Source of the DNA: Patescibacteria group bacterium
GTDB taxonomy: Bacteria > Patescibacteriota > JABMPQ01 > JAQVVF01
Assembly: GCA_028699085.1 (NCBI GenBank)
Contig: JAQVVF010000005.1
Span: 79 to 64,078, forward strand
Reading direction: 5' to 3'
Length of the DNA stretch: 64,000 bases
The notes below the pieces were generated by a model that had not been told where the DNA came from, made no database searches, and was given only the letters and a program-made list of their open reading frames with translations. The translations under genes were made by a program, and so were the position numbers. The stretch's first letter is position 1, and the number at the start of each line of letters is the position of its first letter. This document shows, piece after piece, positions 57,901-64,000 of the stretch.

Positions 57901-58755
57901 ATGGACAACAAAAAACAAGTTTCACGTGAGGAATATATAAAATATCAACAAGAGCAAATAGAGAAAGAATTTGATCGAAAAAGGATGTTCCTGAAATATC
58001 AGAAAAGATTTATGATTGCAATAATTATCATTGTTGTAGTAGGAGTTTTAGGAACAATAGGATTTTTTCTTTATCGCTTATTTAATCCTATTGAACAGCC
58101 AATAAATACTCAAATCGTTGATGCTCCTCCAGCTGGTTTTGCAATTACAACCAAACAAGTTGAAATTATTCCAGAAAGTGCTAATAGATATGATGCTTTT
58201 CTTAGGATAATTGATACTGACCAAAATTGGGGAGTTGCAAAGCTGGATTATACAATTTCATTACGAAGTACAGATAAAGCAGTTGTTGGTGAGCGTACAG
58301 GCACAACGTTCATCTTGCCAAATCAAGAAAAATCAATTATTGAACTTGGTATTGATACGACTAATAAAGCAACAACAGCTACCACAGATTTTGAAATCAA
58401 AGAAGTTCAAAAATTAACGGAATCACCAGCATTAAATTTTGCTACAGAAAATTTAGCCTATCAAGTCACCGATGATAAAAGTAAAGTTACTGGTACGATT
58501 GTAAATCAAACAGTATTTGGTTTTAGTGAAATTATCATCAATGTTTTAGTTTATAACGAGCAAAATAATTTAGTTGGCTATAATTTTACAACAGTCAATG
58601 ATCTCACTCCGAATCAGAGAAGAGATTTTACAGTTTTCTGGCGAAAAAATCTTAATGTTAAAAAACCAAGAATCGTTGTTGAATCATATGTTAATCCTTT
58701 TAACTCAATGCCGTTTTTAGATATCTACAGCCAAGGACAGATGCTGGAATATTAA
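57901..58755 (+). CDS. Hypothetical membrane-anchored protein
   Basis: TM helix near residue 40 then a ~230-aa extracytoplasmic domain. Confidence 0.4.
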   Translation: MDNKKQVSREEYIKYQQEQIEKEFDRKRMFLKYQKRFMIAIIIIVVVGVLGTIGFFLYRLFNPIEQPINTQIVDAPPAGFAITTKQVEIIPESANRYDAFLRIIDTDQNWGVAKLDYTISLRSTDKAVVGERTGTTFILPNQEKSIIELGIDTTNKATTATTDFEIKEVQKLTESPALNFATENLAYQVTDDKSKVTGTIVNQTVFGFSEIIINVLVYNEQNNLVGYNFTTVNDLTPNQRRDFTVFWRKNLNVKKPRIVVESYVNPFNSMPFLDIYSQGQMLEY

Positions 58756-58757
58756 TC

Positions 58758-58905
58758 GAATTTCTAATTTTCAATTTCTAATTTCTATTGAATATTTAAT
58801 TTCTAATTTTCAAACCTAAAGTTTAGAAAAATTAGGATGAATTTTGTTTAGAAATTAATTATTTAAAATTTAATAGAAATTTAAAATTAGAAATTAGAAA
58901 TTTCA
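58758..58905. repeat. AT-rich imperfect inverted repeat built from TTCTAATT/AATTAGAA boxes around a central ctaaagtttag palindrome
   Basis: Left arm 58758..58812 is ~75% identical to the reverse complement of right arm 58851..58905. Intergenic, directly upstream of ftsW/rodA. Confidence 0.5.
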
Positions 58906-58909
58906 TCAT

Positions 58910-60010
58910 ATGCTCAAGTTTCTCCAAATATTTAAAAAACTTGATTGGTTTTTATTTTCATCAATGCTTTTATTGGCTATTTTAGGTTTAGCTGCAATTA
59001 TCAGCACTACTTATCAAGATGGGTTACAAGATTTCGTCATTAAGCAGATAATCGCAGTTGTTCTCGGCTTAGTACTGTTTTTTATATTAATTATCCTAGA
59101 TTATCGAATATTTCAAAACTATGCTTATGTTTTATATGGAATTTTCGCGATCTCTCTTGTTTTAGTGCTTTTTCTAGGCACAATCTTCCAGGGAACTAAA
59201 GGTTGGTTTAATCTCGGTTTCTTCCAATTTCAGCCTGCAGAATTCATGAAAATTGCCTTAATTATTATTCTAGCTCGATATTTTGTTTATGCAAAAAAAC
59301 AAAGTACTTTGAAACATATAATTATATCAGGAACAATTATGGCGATTCCTTCCTTCTTGATTATGCTTCAGCCTGATATGGGTTCAGCATTAGTTTTAGT
59401 TGTCATTTGGTTTGGTATGTTATTGATTTCTGGATTAAAGCGTTCTTATGTCTTAACAATTGTATTTATTGGCTTAGCGCTTGCATCAGTTGTTTGGAAT
59501 TTCTTTTTATATGATTACCAAAAGAATAGAATCACAAGCTTTATAAATCCAGAAAATGATCCGTTAGGTCAAGGATATAATATGATTCAAGCCAAGATAG
59601 CAATTGGTTCAGGAGAACTATCTGGCCAAGGGCTTGGACATGGCAGTCAAAGCCAGCTCAAATTTTTGCCAGCTCAACACACTGATTTTATCTTTGCTGT
59701 AATTTCTGAAGAGCTTGGTTTTATCGGTAGCGCATTTTTATTAATTTTATTTTTTGTCCTAATTTTTAGAATTTTGAGAACAGCCATGAAAGCTCGAGAT
59801 GAATTTGGGCTAATGGTATGTTGTGGCATAGCAATTGGTTTCACTTTCCAAATTTTAGTTAATATTGGAATGAATTTGAGTATTATGCCAATTGCTGGAG
59901 TTCCTCTTCCTCTTGTCAGCTATGGTGGCAGTGCTATGATTGCCAGCTTAATCTCTTTAGGGATAGTCCAAAGTATTTTTGTGCGCTATAAAGGATTAGA
60001 GTTTAAATAG
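58910..60010 (+). CDS. ftsW: SEDS-family peptidoglycan glycosyltransferase (FtsW/RodA)
   Basis: 10-TM FtsW/RodA/SpoVE family (...GSALVLVVIWFGMLLISG...). 366 aa. Confidence 0.85.
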   Translation: MLKFLQIFKKLDWFLFSSMLLLAILGLAAIISTTYQDGLQDFVIKQIIAVVLGLVLFFILIILDYRIFQNYAYVLYGIFAISLVLVLFLGTIFQGTKGWFNLGFFQFQPAEFMKIALIIILARYFVYAKKQSTLKHIIISGTIMAIPSFLIMLQPDMGSALVLVVIWFGMLLISGLKRSYVLTIVFIGLALASVVWNFFLYDYQKNRITSFINPENDPLGQGYNMIQAKIAIGSGELSGQGLGHGSQSQLKFLPAQHTDFIFAVISEELGFIGSAFLLILFFVLIFRILRTAMKARDEFGLMVCCGIAIGFTFQILVNIGMNLSIMPIAGVPLPLVSYGGSAMIASLISLGIVQSIFVRYKGLEFK

Positions 60011-60053
60011 TATTCTCCTTGAAAAAAAAGTTATTCAATATATAATAAATAGT

Positions 60054-60383
60054 ATGCTAGAAGATAATAGCAAACAACATAACCATAAAATATTAGAAAA
60101 AGTCAAATGGCTTTCAATTTGTCCATTTTGTAATACAAAATTCAGCATTGATCAGGCTAGAATTATTTCTGAAAAAAAGGACTCTTTCCTTTTGCATGCC
60201 TATTGTCAAAAATGCAAATGCTCAGTTTTGGCTAGTTTAATAGCAAATCCAATGGGTGTCAGTTCAATCGGCTTAGTTACAGATCTTACATATGAGGATG
60301 TCTTAAGGTTTAAAAAGGCCAAAGAAATAGATTCTGATGATATCATTTATGCTTATCAAGACTTGCAAAAAACAAAACTCTAA
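60054..60383 (+). CDS. Hypothetical zinc-ribbon protein
   Basis: CPFC...CQKCKC cysteine pairs. 109 aa. Confidence 0.4.
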   Translation: MLEDNSKQHNHKILEKVKWLSICPFCNTKFSIDQARIISEKKDSFLLHAYCQKCKCSVLASLIANPMGVSSIGLVTDLTYEDVLRFKKAKEIDSDDIIYAYQDLQKTKL

Positions 60384-60510
60384 ATTTTGAAAATTAGTAT
60401 TGCTAAAAAAAATAAAGATGCTATAATTATTCTTGATTGATTTTGCAAAAAATAGTCTTTTTTATTTTATTAAATTTATAATCGTTAGCGGTTCTTAAGT
60501 TAATCCATTC

Positions 60511-60538
60511 TGTTAACTGTTAACTGTTAACTGTTTAC
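60511..60538. repeat. Tandem heptamer repeat (TGTTAAC x3 + TGTTTAC) forming overlapping TTAACTGTTAA palindromes, 7 nt upstream of rplY
   Basis: Read directly from the sequence. A related TAACAGTTAA lies upstream of atpE at 62539..62550. Confidence 0.6.
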
Positions 60539-60544
60539 CAATCT

Positions 60545-61240
60545 ATGTCAGAACTAAAATTAGAAGCAAAAACTAGAGATCTTAAAAAATCTTTGAATGA
60601 ATCAAGAAAAAATAAGATGATTCCAGCTGTATTATATGGAAAGAACTTCAAACCTCTACATATTGAGCTAGTTTACAACAATTTTGTCAAGGTTTATAAA
60701 GAAGCAGGCGAGAGTACAGTTTTGAGCCTTGATATTGATGGCAAAAAAGAAAATACTCTTATCAAAGATCTACAATTTGATCCGATCAAAGACACTGTTA
60801 TTCATATTGATTTTCTAAGAGTTGATATGAATCAAAAAATTACAGCTAATGTTGAATTAAAATTTATCGGTCTTTCAAAAGCTGTTAAGGATTTAGAAGG
60901 TATCTTAGTTAAAAATATTAATGAAATTGAAGTTGAATGTTTACCAGCAAATTTGCCAAAAGAAATCATTGTTGATATTTCATCTCTAAATACATTTGAA
61001 GATGTTATTAAAATAAAAGATCTTCCACTTCCTCAAGATGTTCACACTGCATTAGATCAAGAAGAAGTCGTGGCAACAGTTACTCCTCCTCGTTCAGAAG
61101 AAGAGCTTGAATCTTTGAAAGAAGATGTTGAAGAAGATGTTGAAAAAGTTGAAGGCGTCAAGAAGGAAGAGCCAGAAGCAGAAAGCACAGAAACTGAAGG
61201 CGCTGCTACTCCAGAGAAAAAAGAAGCTAAAAAAGAATAA
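60545..61240 (+). CDS. rplY: 50S ribosomal protein L25/general stress protein Ctc with an acidic C-terminal tail
   Basis: KTRDLKK...IPAVLYGK...VLSLDIDGK L25 core plus beta-barrel. 231 aa. Confidence 0.85.
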   Translation: MSELKLEAKTRDLKKSLNESRKNKMIPAVLYGKNFKPLHIELVYNNFVKVYKEAGESTVLSLDIDGKKENTLIKDLQFDPIKDTVIHIDFLRVDMNQKITANVELKFIGLSKAVKDLEGILVKNINEIEVECLPANLPKEIIVDISSLNTFEDVIKIKDLPLPQDVHTALDQEEVVATVTPPRSEEELESLKEDVEEDVEKVEGVKKEEPEAESTETEGAATPEKKEAKKE

Positions 61241-61289
61241 TTTTAAGGCAAAAGCCAGATGATGGTTTTTGCCTTTATTTTTTTAAAAG

Positions 61290-61550
61290 ATGTCTCAAAA
61301 ACAAACAATCACGCCAAAAGAATTTTCTGCTATTCGACTTTCATTGCAATTTGGTTATACGATTGTTATTCCATTAGTAATCTTCTTGCTGATTGGCATT
61401 TTTCTAGATAATAGATTCAAGACATCTCCATTATTCATTTTTATCGGCGTTATTTTCTCTATCGTTATCTCAACAATAGGAATTTATAAAGCAATTTTAC
61501 CTTTTTTAGAAATATCTAAAAAATCGGATAATTCTAAAGATAAAAAATAA
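61290..61550 (+). CDS. Small two-TM protein, possibly ATP synthase protein I (AtpZ/AtpI-like)
   Basis: 86 aa. Hydrophobic. Immediately upstream of atpB. Confidence 0.35.
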   Translation: MSQKQTITPKEFSAIRLSLQFGYTIVIPLVIFLLIGIFLDNRFKTSPLFIFIGVIFSIVISTIGIYKAILPFLEISKKSDNSKDKK

Positions 61551-61586
61551 AGTAGGGAACAAAAATTTTTGTTCTAAATATATAAT

Positions 61587-62513
61587 ATGAAGATATCTTT
61601 AGTCGCAGAAGAATTATTTCATATCGGAGGTTTTCCTATTACAAATACTTTAATAGTTTCTTGGATTGTAATGGCGGTTTTGGTTATTGTTTCAGTTTTG
61701 GCAACTAGGAATATGAAGCTTGTTCCTACAGGTTTGCAGAATTTGATGGAAACAGTAATCGAAGCCTTATTCAAGCTTTTTAATACTATTACTCAAAGTG
61801 AAAAATTAACTCGCAAATTTTTTCCGCTTGTTGCCACAATATTTTTATTTGTAATAATGTCAAATTGGACAGAAGCTTTGCCAGGATTAGATAGTATCGG
61901 TTTAAAACCGCAACATGAAGTAAAATCAGAAAAAACAATTAGTTCTGGTTTACCAAGCTTAATCGCAATTGCTAAAGCTAATAAGGATACAGAAATTAAA
62001 CAAGAAGAATCAATAAATTCGTACGAAAATTCTGAAAAAGCTGATACTTTGCATATTGAATCAGAGCCAGGCGAGGAAGATGCCGAAGGCGCAACTGAAT
62101 CAAAGGATGAAGAACATATTATTCCTTTTCTTCGTTCTCCAAGTTCTGATTTAAATTTCACTTTAGCTTTAGCGATAATCGCTGTTGTAAGTATCCAAGT
62201 TTTTGGAGTTGCGCTTGTTGGCTTCAAGCATTATTCAAAAAAATTCTTTAATTTTTCTGGGCCAATCCAATTTGCTGTTGGATTGCTGGAGCTTGTTTCT
62301 GAGTTTTCGAAATTACTTTCATTCTCTCTTCGTCTCTTCGGTAATATTTTTGCTGGTGAAGTTTTGTTGATTGTTATTTCATTTTTAGTTCCATATTTAG
62401 TTCCGATTCCATTTATGGGTATGGAATTATTTGTTGGTTTTATTCAAGCCTTAATTTTTTCAATGTTAACTTTAGTTTTTCTTACAATGGCTGCAACAGC
62501 TGAAGAGCATTAA
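61587..62513 (+). CDS. atpB: F0F1 ATP synthase subunit a
   Basis: LSFSLRLFGNIFAGE signature. 308 aa, with an ~80-aa acidic insertion. Confidence 0.9.
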   Translation: MKISLVAEELFHIGGFPITNTLIVSWIVMAVLVIVSVLATRNMKLVPTGLQNLMETVIEALFKLFNTITQSEKLTRKFFPLVATIFLFVIMSNWTEALPGLDSIGLKPQHEVKSEKTISSGLPSLIAIAKANKDTEIKQEESINSYENSEKADTLHIESEPGEEDAEGATESKDEEHIIPFLRSPSSDLNFTLALAIIAVVSIQVFGVALVGFKHYSKKFFNFSGPIQFAVGLLELVSEFSKLLSFSLRLFGNIFAGEVLLIVISFLVPYLVPIPFMGMELFVGFIQALIFSMLTLVFLTMAATAEEH

Positions 62514-62604
62514 AATTATTTATTAATTAGTAATTTTCCTAACAGTTAATTGCCGACTTAAAATAAATTCTTTAGTCGAAAGCTTTTAGCTGTTAGACAA
62601 TAAC

Positions 62605-62832
62605 ATGGATTTAGCAGTAGCAAAGGTCGTGTTCGCTGGCATTACAATTGCCATCGGCGCAGTCGGCCCAGCATTGGGCATCGGATTATTAGCTGGAAAA
62701 GGTTTACAAGCAATTGGTCGCAATCCTGAAGCAGCTCCAAAAATTCAAACAGCTATGATTTTAGCTATGGCTTTTACTGAAGCTATCGCTATTTATGCAT
62801 TAGTTGTTGCATTGATTATCAAGTTTGTTTAG
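62605..62832 (+). CDS. atpE: F0F1 ATP synthase subunit c
   Basis: GIGLLAGKGLQAIGRNPEA...AFTEAIAIYALVVAL. 75 aa. Confidence 0.9.
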   Translation: MDLAVAKVVFAGITIAIGAVGPALGIGLLAGKGLQAIGRNPEAAPKIQTAMILAMAFTEAIAIYALVVALIIKFV

Positions 62833-62939
62833 TAACTTTTATAGATCAGCACAAGCAATAATTTGTTGCTTGTGTGAATTTGTAAAGATTACGACGAATA
62901 TTTTTAATTTTTCATTTTTACTTTTTAATTTTCAAACAT

Positions 62940-63452
62940 ATGGAAGTCTTTACTCAACTAGGGATCAAGCCATTATTACTAGTAGCCCAAATTATCAACT
63001 TTTTAATATTGATGTTTTTATTAAAAAGGTTTTTATATAAACCAATTTTAAAAATGCTTGATGACAGAAAAAAGAAAATCGAAGAAAGTATGCAACAAGC
63101 AAAAGACATCGAACAGCAATTACAAAATGCAGAAAAAATGAAATTAGAAAAGCAAGAAGATGCAAAGAAGCAGGCTTCCAAAATCCTTGATCAAGCCAAA
63201 AAAGATGCTGAAATGATTAGGAAAGATATCTTGACAAAGTCAGATGATGATGCAAAGAGGGTTATCAAAAAAGCAACTGACGAGATGAAAGGCGAGAAAG
63301 AAAAATTACTTAGTGACGTCAAAAAGCAGGCTGCTGATCTTACAATGTTAGCAACTCAGACAGTATTGAAAAAAGGATTGGATGAGCAAAAGCAACGAGA
63401 ATTAATTGGTGAAGCAATCAAAGAAATCGACAATTTTAAAATTAAGTCTTAA
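62940..63452 (+). CDS. atpF: F0F1 ATP synthase subunit b
   Basis: N-terminal TM then a long charged helix. 170 aa. Confidence 0.8.
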   Translation: MEVFTQLGIKPLLLVAQIINFLILMFLLKRFLYKPILKMLDDRKKKIEESMQQAKDIEQQLQNAEKMKLEKQEDAKKQASKILDQAKKDAEMIRKDILTKSDDDAKRVIKKATDEMKGEKEKLLSDVKKQAADLTMLATQTVLKKGLDEQKQRELIGEAIKEIDNFKIKS

Positions 63453-63460
63453 GTAAATTT

Positions 63461-64000
63461 GTGTCAAAAAGTTTATCAGAGATAAAACAATACGTACAAG
63501 CTTTATATGATCTTGCAAGTTCTGAAAATATCTTAGATAAGATAAATTTAGAATTGCGACTTTTTATTGCTAAGACAAATGAAGATTTAAAATTAAAAAA
63601 ATATCTTTCCAATCCAATCGAAAATATCGTTAGCAAAAAAGCGACAATCAAGGATTTATTTCAGGATCAATTATCAACTTATACTCACAATTTTATTTAT
63701 ATCTTTTTGAAAAAAAATGAACTAGAAATTCTAGAAGCAGCACAAAAATATTTTGAAAAATTGATCAAAGAAAGAAAGAACGTTATTGATGCAAAAATTA
63801 TTTCTGCAATTCCATTAACAAAAGATGAAGAAAACATTATTAAAGAAAAATTAGCTACTCAAACTAATAAGAAAATTAATTTAAATATTGCTGTTGATCC
63901 AAATATTTTAGGCGGTTTAGTTATTCAAACAAGGGATCAAATGGTTGATGCCAGTCTTTTAGGTAAAATCAACAATCTCCGTCAAAATGTTTTATCATAA
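63461..64000 (+). CDS. atpH: F0F1 ATP synthase subunit delta (OSCP)
   Basis: OSCP-like helices. C-terminal ...GGLVIQTRDQMVDASLLGKI. GTG start. Confidence 0.8.
   Translation: MSKSLSEIKQYVQALYDLASSENILDKINLELRLFIAKTNEDLKLKKYLSNPIENIVSKKATIKDLFQDQLSTYTHNFIYIFLKKNELEILEAAQKYFEKLIKERKNVIDAKIISAIPLTKDEENIIKEKLATQTNKKINLNIAVDPNILGGLVIQTRDQMVDASLLGKINNLRQNVLS

Noticed and set aside
61793-62227. 144-aa minus-strand ORF inside atpB
   Set aside because: It is antisense to a confidently identified ATP synthase a-subunit gene.
1-64000. CRISPR array or cas genes
   Set aside because: No regularly spaced direct repeats with unique spacers were seen. The only tandem repeat (60511..60538) is a 7-mer microsatellite without spacers.

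Overview
The window is a 64-kb chromosomal stretch of low-GC (~30%) DNA with dense, small genes and mostly leaderless starts. This, together with the housekeeping gene content, is consistent with a Patescibacteria/CPR-like bacterium; that assignment is inference. The standard genetic code applies: the long ORFs are intact and no in-frame TGA recoding is needed.

Housekeeping genes include pheS/pheT, gyrB, secE-nusG-rplK-rplA, gatB, miaA/miaB, folC, thrS, dnaE, ftsW/rodA, rplY and the start of the F1F0 ATP synthase operon (atpB-E-F-H). There is a three-tRNA cluster (Asp, Met, initiator fMet), sodA, a ZIP zinc transporter, rmuC and a UvrD-like helicase-nuclease.

The most interesting region is 1..8215, a tight four-gene defence operon:
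- an XRE-type HTH controller-like gene
- a Type I restriction subunit, HsdR
- an unusual HsdM-HsdS fusion
- an ~800-aa RloC-like ABC-ATPase/anticodon-nuclease candidate with a CxxC zinc hook

This operon is bracketed by an inverted pair of GC-rich, hairpin-dense elements. The copy at the window start is truncated by the window edge. These elements are highly atypical for such an AT-rich genome.

Other notable observations:
- Archaeal-type lipid genes (a CarS/DUF46-like gene and a CDP-alcohol phosphatidyltransferase) are intercalated inside the conserved secE-nusG-rplK-rplA cluster.
- Seven orphan or accessory genes carry a canonical AAGGAGG Shine-Dalgarno and elevated GC. Every housekeeping gene start checked lacks an SD.
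- A double-length ThyX-like gene sits next to tmk and an HD hydrolase.
- A secreted FG-GAP beta-propeller/staphylococcal-nuclease fusion lies downstream of two thrombospondin-type-3 Ca-repeat proteins.
- Two tandem paralogous ~1000-aa membrane-anchored surface proteins carry PKD and DUF4214-like repeats.
- There are several structured intergenic repeats.
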